The notes below the pieces were generated by a model that did not search any database, was not told where the DNA came from, and worked only from the letters and a program-made list of their open reading frames with translations. A stretch of 64,000 nt of DNA, from positions 1-64,000 of the forward strand of contig JBKHVI010000002.1 in NCBI GenBank assembly GCA_046570105.1. Direction: 5' to 3'. This document shows, piece by piece, positions 47,289-55,279 of the stretch. This DNA is from Bacteriovoracia bacterium. Its GTDB lineage: Bacteria; Bdellovibrionota; Bacteriovoracia; Bacteriovoracales; Bacteriovoracaceae. The translations under genes were made by a program, and so were the position numbers. The stretch's first letter is position 1; the number at the start of each line of letters is the position of its first letter.

Positions 47289-48257
47289 CTAAGCATTCTT
47301 GTCAGGCAATTTGTTCCAGCGAATGCGACGGATCCCACGAGAAATCAACTCACATAAAGGCATCACCGACACAAAAAAAACATCAAACCATAATGGATGC
47401 TGCATAAAAAAATCTGATTGGGTTGCGGCGAGGCCTAGCAGGATGACAGACATGAGGTAGAGCTGGCCCATAAAACGACACCAATGAAGTCTCGACATTG
47501 CTCTAATGAGAGATAAGGACTCGAGCCTTGTTTGAATTGGTTTCAGAAAAGATAACCTTAGCAAAAACAAATAGGGCCAGAAATTCGCCCAGAAGACCCA
47601 AGGCTTTTGGTAAAGAGCAAAACGATAATAATTGGGGCCGATGGGAGTATGAAAATAAGCTCCTAAGAATGGAAGCGATAATATTGTACAAAAAATCCAC
47701 AAGCCCCACTCCCCTTTTTTTAACTTTTCCAGGCCAGTGTCATTTAGGCTCACAAGCCGTCCTGCCGTGAAAGCAAGGCTTGCTAGAAAAAACCAAGGGA
47801 TGAGAGGCCAGATATCAGGTTGCGGGAAAGTGAAAAGCTCAGCTGGTATCCAAAGCATAAAAAAAGAAAATAGAAGAAAGGTAAAACGCTGCCGAACAAA
47901 ACTCATGAGAATAAGCAGTAGATTTGAGGCGGCGATAAATAAGTAGATATCCCACTCAAACTTTTGCCCTTCAGACATAAAGATGAGTGTGAGCACAAGT
48001 TGGCCAAGCAAAGCAAAAAGTGAAATTTTGAACAACGAATGATTGTTTTTGTTTTTTAATCCAAATAAAAAATAGATGAGAAAAACCAGCACTTGTCCAC
48101 TGATGACATTACAACGAGCAAAGAGCAAAAACGCATTATAGATTACTGATGGGATGGGATGAATATCAGTATAAAAGATAAATTCATTGGCATGTAAGAC
48201 CAAAATTGAAATCAGTGCCACTAATTTAACCAGATTAATTCCATGAATCGTTGTCAT
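47289..48257 (-). CDS. Polytopic membrane protein (possibly acyltransferase/DUF1624-like)
   Basis: About 10 TM helices; IHGINLVKLVALISILVLH and WPLIPW motifs. Confidence 0.6.
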   Translation of the reverse strand: MTTIHGINLVKLVALISILVLHANEFIFYTDIHPIPSVIYNAFLLFARCNVISGQVLVFLIYFLFGLKNKNNHSLFKISLFALLGQLVLTLIFMSEGQKFEWDIYLFIAASNLLLILMSFVRQRFTFLLFSFFMLWIPAELFTFPQPDIWPLIPWFFLASLAFTAGRLVSLNDTGLEKLKKGEWGLWIFCTILSLPFLGAYFHTPIGPNYYRFALYQKPWVFWANFWPYLFLLRLSFLKPIQTRLESLSLIRAMSRLHWCRFMGQLYLMSVILLGLAATQSDFFMQHPLWFDVFFVSVMPLCELISRGIRRIRWNKLPDKNA

Positions 48258-48934
48258 GGATAGTACACCGTCAGCTCATTTTTCTTATTGGTGGAGTACT
48301 TATCAAAGGGTAGTAAGAGTTCTTGGCCGTGGGTATTAAGGTAGTGGTGATAGTTTTGGGGTACACGACTTAAATGTGTCAATTTCACATGGTAAAATAC
48401 TTCCACCAAAACACCATTACGATAAGTTTTTATGGTTTCACCTGAAAACTCTTGAAAGGGCTGAGGCCACAGTGCCTCTCCTGTTGGAGAAACATTTGAT
48501 GTGATGACGGCCGGATCTTTTTGGCAATGATGAAGAAAATCATCAGTCCTTTTCTCAATTAAACACCATTCCCCCATTGAGTCCCACTGAATAAACCAGA
48601 TATTTTTTAACTCACTCTCCCCTCTTAAATCCGCATGTAGATAGAGACGTACCGAATAGAAAGGTTGCCCGTCTTTAATCTTCATCCCAACCAGAAATTG
48701 ATCCAAATTAGTCTCTGCCACTTTCCAATGATCCAATTTTTTAAGAGCGCGCTCAATTAAAGAGCGGTGACTGTCGGTGTGTTTAAATAGATCACTCTTG
48801 AAATGTCGCTCATGCCACTTAAGATAATCGGCCACAATATTTTGCATATAGGCCCTATTGACGGGCATATTTAGGTGCGCTGGAGTAAGAGCAAAAGCAT
48901 TGATACATAACAAAAGCCCAAATAATGCTTTCAT
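48254..48934 (-). CDS. Secreted hypothetical protein
   Basis: Signal peptide MKALFGLLLCINAFA; ATGA-coupled to both neighbours. Confidence 0.7.
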   Translation of the reverse strand: MKALFGLLLCINAFALTPAHLNMPVNRAYMQNIVADYLKWHERHFKSDLFKHTDSHRSLIERALKKLDHWKVAETNLDQFLVGMKIKDGQPFYSVRLYLHADLRGESELKNIWFIQWDSMGEWCLIEKRTDDFLHHCQKDPAVITSNVSPTGEALWPQPFQEFSGETIKTYRNGVLVEVFYHVKLTHLSRVPQNYHHYLNTHGQELLLPFDKYSTNKKNELTVYYP

Positions 48935-50496
48935 AAAACTCTAGGCCTTAGCATTGAATTAACTTCACCTCGAGAAAAATCAACCTTCTTAAGAATAGGC
49001 ACTAGATTTAACTTCGTTTGAAGACTGATGTTTTGCAATTTAGCATAATCAAATTCCAGTTGAGACTTATCTGCTGCATAGGCGACAAATGAGGCATGAG
49101 GCCCAAAAACAAGCGGGTTTTTGAAATCAACAGAATCCAACGTTTTTAGAATTGTCTGTCCCTCAATTGCCATACCCCCTTTCTCATCTTGCAATATCGG
49201 CAGATCGAGCATCAATAGGCCATCGCTCTTAAGGGCACGTTTTGCTAGTGCATAAAACTCATGGGAATACAGCTTGGCAAGATCAACCGAATTAGGAAAA
49301 GGAAAATCAATCAAGACTAAATCAAATTCTTGATGGTTGTTTTTTAAAAAATGGATGGCATCATCAACAATAATTTCCACGCGTGGGTCATGGCTCGAAA
49401 GTACCCCCTGGTTAAGACTTTTCATGATGGGATGAGTGGCCGACCACTCGATCATTTTCCCATCCAACTCTACCATGGTTATTTTCTCAAAAGCTCGCGA
49501 CTTCCACTCTTTCAACAAAAGACCATCCCCCGCCCCAAGGATAAGAATTGATTTGATCTCATTTTTAAAATTCAACGCTGCTTCCACCATCGTTTGGTGG
49601 TAGACATCGACAGTGGTGAGATCAAATTGCGGCTTACGATTCAAATAAACAGTCGCATTTCCAGGGAGTGAGAGCTGTAAATCAGGTGGTTCAATCAAAA
49701 GATCAATCGTTTGATAAGGAGTTCTGACTCTTTCTAGAACCGCGTGCTGATCTAAAAAGCGCATTAAATTTTGCCAAGAATCCCAAGAAGTAAGTCGAGC
49801 TCTCGTCGACAGGTAGCTACTTCTAATGAGCAGCCCTTCAATTCGTGACTGAGAATAATTGAGTAGAATCAAAGGAAAAATAACCAGCAGCGATAGATAG
49901 AACTGACCGCGTTTTTTTAAAACTAAGTTAAGCGCCATCAGTCCTAGTAATTGCAATAAAACGACAAGACTTACTTGATGCCACAAAGGCCAACTCATTA
50001 CTTCACCAAGCAGTAACAGACTTAAGGCCATCAGTGGGCCTAGGTAATTGATCATGACTAAGACTTCCTCATTAATCTTATGAGGAAGCTTGAGAATAAG
50101 AGGAAATTGCGAGCCGCCCAACGCTCCCATCAAAAGCGCTAACACAGAAGTTAATACCAACATAAATCGCAAGGACACAAGATTGTCGAGAACCACTTCA
50201 AAAGGCATTGCATGAGAAAAGAGAAAGACACTACTTAAAAAAATGAGGGGCATTGTTGCGATGAGAAGAAGACTTAAAAATTCTAGGCCCCATAACCATT
50301 TCAAGCGACTGCTTTCATGAACCCGATCGGCCCAGCTGCTCCCAATTCCAAGCCCTAAGAGATAAGGCCCCATGGTAAAACTTTGCGAATAAATATCTTC
50401 GCCGGTGTATTCTGTGGCAAGGCCCGCAAGGATCATCGCTGCGGCCATGGTAGCAAATGAATTGGTGAGAGTAATAAAAGAATAGAGAGCTCTCAC
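48931..50496 (-). CDS. Membrane-bound spermidine-synthase-like SAM-dependent transferase
   Basis: N-terminal TM domain; RTPYQTI, LILGAGDG, MVELD, DDA, LIDFPFP, KLYSHEFY. Confidence 0.82.
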   Translation of the reverse strand: MRALYSFITLTNSFATMAAAMILAGLATEYTGEDIYSQSFTMGPYLLGLGIGSSWADRVHESSRLKWLWGLEFLSLLLIATMPLIFLSSVFLFSHAMPFEVVLDNLVSLRFMLVLTSVLALLMGALGGSQFPLILKLPHKINEEVLVMINYLGPLMALSLLLLGEVMSWPLWHQVSLVVLLQLLGLMALNLVLKKRGQFYLSLLVIFPLILLNYSQSRIEGLLIRSSYLSTRARLTSWDSWQNLMRFLDQHAVLERVRTPYQTIDLLIEPPDLQLSLPGNATVYLNRKPQFDLTTVDVYHQTMVEAALNFKNEIKSILILGAGDGLLLKEWKSRAFEKITMVELDGKMIEWSATHPIMKSLNQGVLSSHDPRVEIIVDDAIHFLKNNHQEFDLVLIDFPFPNSVDLAKLYSHEFYALAKRALKSDGLLMLDLPILQDEKGGMAIEGQTILKTLDSVDFKNPLVFGPHASFVAYAADKSQLEFDYAKLQNISLQTKLNLVPILKKVDFSRGEVNSMLRPRVL

Positions 50497-51146
50497 TTCG
50501 CCCCCAGATATAACGTCACCAAAAAGCTCTGGAGTCTGTCTTGTTGCTGATAACTCAACATCACCAGGATTCCTACGGCTGCCGAAAGCGCCAACCGAAT
50601 TTTAGCATTTGAAGGCATGATGACTGTCAATGTCGCTAAATTAAGTGTCGCAACCAATACTGTACTTGCGCCTACTCCTAGCTCTGGCAAAAGATAATAA
50701 GGAAACAGTAGTGCCGCGGCTAACATTCCTAAATAATCAAACGCCAAAATTTTGCCATGCTTTTGTGGAAGAAGGGAGAACAAGCAAAGCAGCTCAAAAC
50801 CAGAAGCAAAACCAATTAAAAACACCAAAACATAACTGATACCCGCGGCCAAGGCAGTGGAGAGAGAGGCGAAAAGTCCGGTGATAACAAATGGCCCTAA
50901 TCCACCTAAGAGCGTGAGAGCAACCTCGACACAAACAAAAATTTTTTCAACTGAATACTGTCTTTTTAAGCGCCCAAAGCTTAATGAACCAAATCCAAGT
51001 GCGGTGGTAAAAAGAGCAAAAATGATAAAATATTGCTGTTTTGTTCCACCTAAATTGACGGAGAGAATCTGTCCTAAGGCCAGTTCGTAATAAAAACTAC
51101 AGAACGCCAGAACGAGACTAAGGGCATAGACCAAACCACCTCTCAC
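50493..51146 (-). CDS. Stand-alone TM domain homologous to the N-terminus of membrane SpeE-like proteins
   Basis: FCSFYYEL, ALGFGS, GFEL, AFDYLG...LLPELG. Confidence 0.75.
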   Translation of the reverse strand: MRGGLVYALSLVLAFCSFYYELALGQILSVNLGGTKQQYFIIFALFTTALGFGSLSFGRLKRQYSVEKIFVCVEVALTLLGGLGPFVITGLFASLSTALAAGISYVLVFLIGFASGFELLCLFSLLPQKHGKILAFDYLGMLAAALLFPYYLLPELGVGASTVLVATLNLATLTVIMPSNAKIRLALSAAVGILVMLSYQQQDRLQSFLVTLYLGAK

Positions 51147-51883
51147 TAGGGCACCGTTTTAGTTTTATTCATCAAATCATCTAAAGCGCCTTCATTTTGA
51201 TGAAACACAGCTGCAGGGGCACTCATCAGAAAGAGATATGAACCTTTTTTATCTTTACGTTCGACATAGGCGGCATAAAGCTCCGAGGTCCCCACTTGTC
51301 CGGCCGGGATGATAGTGAATGTTCCAAGTCCTGAATCACTGGGTGCATCGATTTTTTTTATGTCACTTTCATTGATAGTTAAGGTGCGATTGCCTAACAT
51401 CGGAATTGAATCTTTTAATTCGTTGAGATAACCCACAACTTCGTTTGTCGTTGCAGTTTTATTGGCCGCGATGATGGCAAATTGTTTTTGCTCTAAGCTC
51501 GAGACTCCATACACCCCTGTAGCAAAATCATCTAAATCCATTTTTTCAAAATGCATATTATCCGGCAACTTCATCTGTAGCTTAATTTGCTTAAGAAACT
51601 CACCTTGTAAGGTTTTTTGCTCCTCGGCGACTTGCTGCTTAATTTCTTCATTGGAAACAGTCTTCTCGGCTTCGACATCATCTGAAATTTCTTCTGATGC
51701 ACTATATTTCGATTCTTGTGGATTTTCTTTCGCTACTGGGTCTGGTTTTCGGTCACGTTTTTGACGGATTTTTACCGACGTTGTCATTTCAGGTAACGAG
51801 TCGACATCCCGCGCCTGGTAGAAGATGACCCCAATGACAAGTGCCAATAAAATGAGTCCATATTTATATTTCTCTAAGCTCAT
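51146..51883 (-). CDS. Membrane-anchored hypothetical protein
   Basis: N-terminal TM helix, acidic linker; GAGG RBS before ATG 51883. Confidence 0.7.
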   Translation of the reverse strand: MSLEKYKYGLILLALVIGVIFYQARDVDSLPEMTTSVKIRQKRDRKPDPVAKENPQESKYSASEEISDDVEAEKTVSNEEIKQQVAEEQKTLQGEFLKQIKLQMKLPDNMHFEKMDLDDFATGVYGVSSLEQKQFAIIAANKTATTNEVVGYLNELKDSIPMLGNRTLTINESDIKKIDAPSDSGLGTFTIIPAGQVGTSELYAAYVERKDKKGSYLFLMSAPAAVFHQNEGALDDLMNKTKTVP

Positions 51884-51958
51884 AGACGCCTCAATCTTTT
51901 GTCTTTTGCTATAGTGCTTATTTAGTTTAAGATGAATAAAACAGATGGGAAACGTTAA

Positions 51959-52789
51959 ATGATAGCAAACAAGCTCTCTCACAAAACGGCCGGTTTTAGC
52001 TTAATGGAAGTCATGGTTTCAGTCGCACTGGTAGGTGGATTGGCCTTAGGCTTAGTTAAGTTTATGGGTAATATGAGTGATGTTCAGCAACGCTCATCGA
52101 ATGCCATTACCCGGGATCAATTTGCCAACAACATGGGGCAATATATCTACACCCCCATGGGCTGTGAGGATCTCAAAGGTCAGCGCTTTAATTCATCAGA
52201 CAAGGCCATCAACCTCACTCGCTGGAAGGTTTTCGGCCTGGCCAGTATTGCAACTGGTACAAAACTTAAAGGCTTCGATATCGCCAAGCTCGAGGGCGAA
52301 CAGGACTTAAGTCCTACGCTTCCAAGAGTGACAATTGGTGGGCAGACACTTATCAAAACAATTTTAAAAGTAAATTTACTACTCTCCACAGAGGGTAAAA
52401 CAAAAAAATTCTTCTTCAATATACCAGTCCTCTCTGATACCGGAGGAACTGTGCGATTCTGTAATGCCGATCAAAGCTTGCGAGAGACATGTGTGCTGAT
52501 GAAAGGAACATACAATGAGGCCACCGGTGCCTGCGATGTTGACAAGACCTGTCAGTTTAAAGGCACCTATATTACTCTGAGCTGCTCACCATCAAATTAT
52601 GGCTGCAGTATGAGTGAGGGCGCGGCCAAGCCCAATGAATACACCACGGGATTTTCCTGTCCTGTGCCTTCGATCGCTCACAACACTTCCAACAAGTCTT
52701 GGAATCATTCCGCTTCCTGTGGCAAGAAATGTTCCGTGACCATTCAAAACACGATGAATTGGTACACCTGCTTGGTGTGCCCTCCTTGA
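51959..52789 (+). CDS. Type IV pilin-like (prepilin N-methylation) protein, Cys-rich
   Basis: KTAG|FSLMEVMVSVAL class III signal with Glu5; 12 Cys. Confidence 0.88.
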   Translation: MIANKLSHKTAGFSLMEVMVSVALVGGLALGLVKFMGNMSDVQQRSSNAITRDQFANNMGQYIYTPMGCEDLKGQRFNSSDKAINLTRWKVFGLASIATGTKLKGFDIAKLEGEQDLSPTLPRVTIGGQTLIKTILKVNLLLSTEGKTKKFFFNIPVLSDTGGTVRFCNADQSLRETCVLMKGTYNEATGACDVDKTCQFKGTYITLSCSPSNYGCSMSEGAAKPNEYTTGFSCPVPSIAHNTSNKSWNHSASCGKKCSVTIQNTMNWYTCLVCPP

Positions 52790-52791
52790 AT

Positions 52792-53547
52792 ATGAACTCG
52801 CAAAGAGGAAGCGTCATTCTCATGGTGCTCTTTGGCTTCACCGCCTTGATGGCAATGGCTTACTATCTGTTTCAAATAAATACGGATAATGAAAAAAACA
52901 CCATCGCGACTCAAAGAGTTTATTCCTATAAGGCATTACAAAAAGCAGTTCAAAATTATCTCGACGATCCTCAACTTTGCACTGCTGCACTCAATAACTT
53001 ACAGGTAAATTCGGCATTCACGACTCCACTCTCAGTTCAATTCACTATGCCTTACATAGGTGGCAACGCCGAACTCAAAGCGGGTTGGCGATCTCCTAAC
53101 GGCACTAAACTCAAAGACATAACCTTATCGATGGATGGGATCGTTCGAAATAAAGTTCGACGCGATGGAAATTTTCCACATCTCATGGCGGCTTCAGGCA
53201 CTCTCACACTATGGGCCGACCATGCAGGCGTGAATATGAAGCGCGCTGATCATGAGTCCTATAAAATTAAATTGATGTTTTATCTCTGGCCCTCTGGCAG
53301 CAATCTAGAAGTACGAGGGTGCTTTGGTGCCAATACACCGGCAGCATTTTGTACTTCCGCAGGTGGGACTTATAATCTCTTCACCGGCACTTTGCTTGAT
53401 CGTATGTGCGAGCCTGATCTCTACTGTTTTGCTTCAAAAATGGGAATTACCAACCAATCAGCACTCTGCCTTCCACCCTACAATGCTGTTCCAGTTGCAC
53501 CAGGTCTATTTGTTTGCCAGTGGTGCAATAGCTCGCCTACGCCATAG
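52792..53547 (+). CDS. PilX/GspK-type minor pilin-like protein, Cys-rich
   Basis: MNSQRG|SVILMVLFGF (non-Glu at position 5); 8 Cys; starts 2 nt after the upstream pilin stop. Confidence 0.7.
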   Translation: MNSQRGSVILMVLFGFTALMAMAYYLFQINTDNEKNTIATQRVYSYKALQKAVQNYLDDPQLCTAALNNLQVNSAFTTPLSVQFTMPYIGGNAELKAGWRSPNGTKLKDITLSMDGIVRNKVRRDGNFPHLMAASGTLTLWADHAGVNMKRADHESYKIKLMFYLWPSGSNLEVRGCFGANTPAAFCTSAGGTYNLFTGTLLDRMCEPDLYCFASKMGITNQSALCLPPYNAVPVAPGLFVCQWCNSSPTP

Positions 53548-54468
53548 AAAGGCATCTAAAATATAATGCGATAACAGTGGCGTCAGATACGCACCAATCA
53601 TAAGTGCAGCGAACATCTCGCTACCATGAGATATGTATAGATCCATATTTTCTTCAAAGCTTGATTCCACGGTACCAAAAACAAGTGCTGTCATGAAAAT
53701 CAAAATCGACGCTTTCTTTATCGTCATTCGACTCGATCGTGTCATGTGCTGGGCCATTACCGCGAGATAAGCAACACCGTGAATAAGCAACAGAGGAAAA
53801 AGCACTTGCACCAAACTGCTACCCACTAAAAAACTATATCCGTAAGTGAGACAAATTAAAGCGAGATACAAAATACGATTCGGCTCCTTAATTCTTTTTC
53901 GCCAAAGGTAAATTTCATGAATAAATATAAAAATGATAATGACGAGATAACTTATCAGGGCCCATTGAAAGTATTGGGGATTCGTGAACATCAACAAATC
54001 GGCGGTACTGTAATAACTCAAATTCAAATCACGAAAATGAAAAGCAATAAAAGGAACTATCGCGAGCACATACACTTTAAGCGAACTCATCAGACTGTAG
54101 CGTTGATTCAAGCGCTCATACCAACGTGAGAATCCATACACTTGACGAATATGGTGAAAGACAGTCAGATAAACCACTCCACTCCATAATGCTTGTCTTA
54201 GTCCATAATAATAAGCTGAGCTGATAACAGCAAAGACCGCCAACAAAATAACAGGATAGAGATAAGACGCTAACGCCTTGTCGCCCCAGCGCCAAAATGT
54301 TGTATAGACATGCCCTGAATCGATGAGTGCTGTTGCGATAAAGGCATATAGTAATGAAGTCTCACTCCAACTTGGAGCAAGGATGACGATTATAATAGAC
54401 ATCAAAGAAGGGAAATAAAAAAAACTAAAATCTCTTTTGAGTGAACCTAAAATCCAAGCAGCAGGCAC
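53506..54468 (-). CDS. Polytopic membrane protein with four His motifs
   Basis: About 9 TM helices; DSGHVY, FHHIRQ, IHGVAY, SHYILD. Confidence 0.7.
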   Translation of the reverse strand: MPAAWILGSLKRDFSFFYFPSLMSIIIVILAPSWSETSLLYAFIATALIDSGHVYTTFWRWGDKALASYLYPVILLAVFAVISSAYYYGLRQALWSGVVYLTVFHHIRQVYGFSRWYERLNQRYSLMSSLKVYVLAIVPFIAFHFRDLNLSYYSTADLLMFTNPQYFQWALISYLVIIIFIFIHEIYLWRKRIKEPNRILYLALICLTYGYSFLVGSSLVQVLFPLLLIHGVAYLAVMAQHMTRSSRMTIKKASILIFMTALVFGTVESSFEENMDLYISHGSEMFAALMIGAYLTPLLSHYILDAFLWRRRAIAPLANK

Positions 54469-54469
54469 G

Positions 54470-55279
54470 CTATTGTGTCTTTTGTTTCAAAAATTTCAAC
54501 CCACTCATCACTGCATCTTGGGCAAATAAAAAGGCGGTTGGATGACCCCATGTTTTCACTAAGTGCAATTCGTTATCCACATTGTGAGCGCGCAGAAGAT
54601 TTTGCATGTGACTAGATTGGACGGCTTCTACTAAACGGTCGCTTTCAGCATGATACATGTACATCGCAGGTGCCCATGGCCCCACGTGCGTAGTAGGAGA
54701 TGCCTCTTTATACTCTGCCAAACGTTGATCGCGATAACCATCGAGCAGATGTGTGATAATGGGAGAGAACGGATACCATGACAAATCAAACGGAGCTCCA
54801 CCCGCAACAATGGCCTTGAGCTGAGGAGAATTGAGCTTTTTCCCTTCTAAGAGTGCCCATTGAGTCACCATGTGGGCCCCGGCCGAATAACCCCAGCCCG
54901 CCAAATTATCGGGATCGACTTTAAACTTGTCACTTTGAGATTTGAAGTACTGCACGGCCGCTGCCACATCTTCAATTTGGGCAGGATAACGGTGCTTAGG
55001 AGCAAATCGATAGGAGATATTCATCACCACAAAGCCGTGACTCGCCAAGAGTTCACTGAGCTTTGTCATATCCTCGCGTGATCGCCCGCCCCAAGAACCA
55101 CCATGAACCATTAAGACGCCGGGATAAATTTTATCATCGGCCGGCCGAATGATATCGGCAGACAAAATTTCTTGGGCATGCTCAGCGTATTGAACTGTTG
55201 TTGAGGTATATGAATGGGGCCCCAGATTGGACCCCATTCCTAGAATAAATAACCAATGAAGAATTCCAACTCCACTCAT
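54470..55279 (-). CDS. Alpha/beta hydrolase (HSL/BD-FAE-like esterase)
   Basis: HGGSW, GYSAG (nucleophile), SDRLV, WGH. Confidence 0.9.
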   Translation of the reverse strand: MSGVGILHWLFILGMGSNLGPHSYTSTTVQYAEHAQEILSADIIRPADDKIYPGVLMVHGGSWGGRSREDMTKLSELLASHGFVVMNISYRFAPKHRYPAQIEDVAAAVQYFKSQSDKFKVDPDNLAGWGYSAGAHMVTQWALLEGKKLNSPQLKAIVAGGAPFDLSWYPFSPIITHLLDGYRDQRLAEYKEASPTTHVGPWAPAMYMYHAESDRLVEAVQSSHMQNLLRAHNVDNELHLVKTWGHPTAFLFAQDAVMSGLKFLKQKTQ

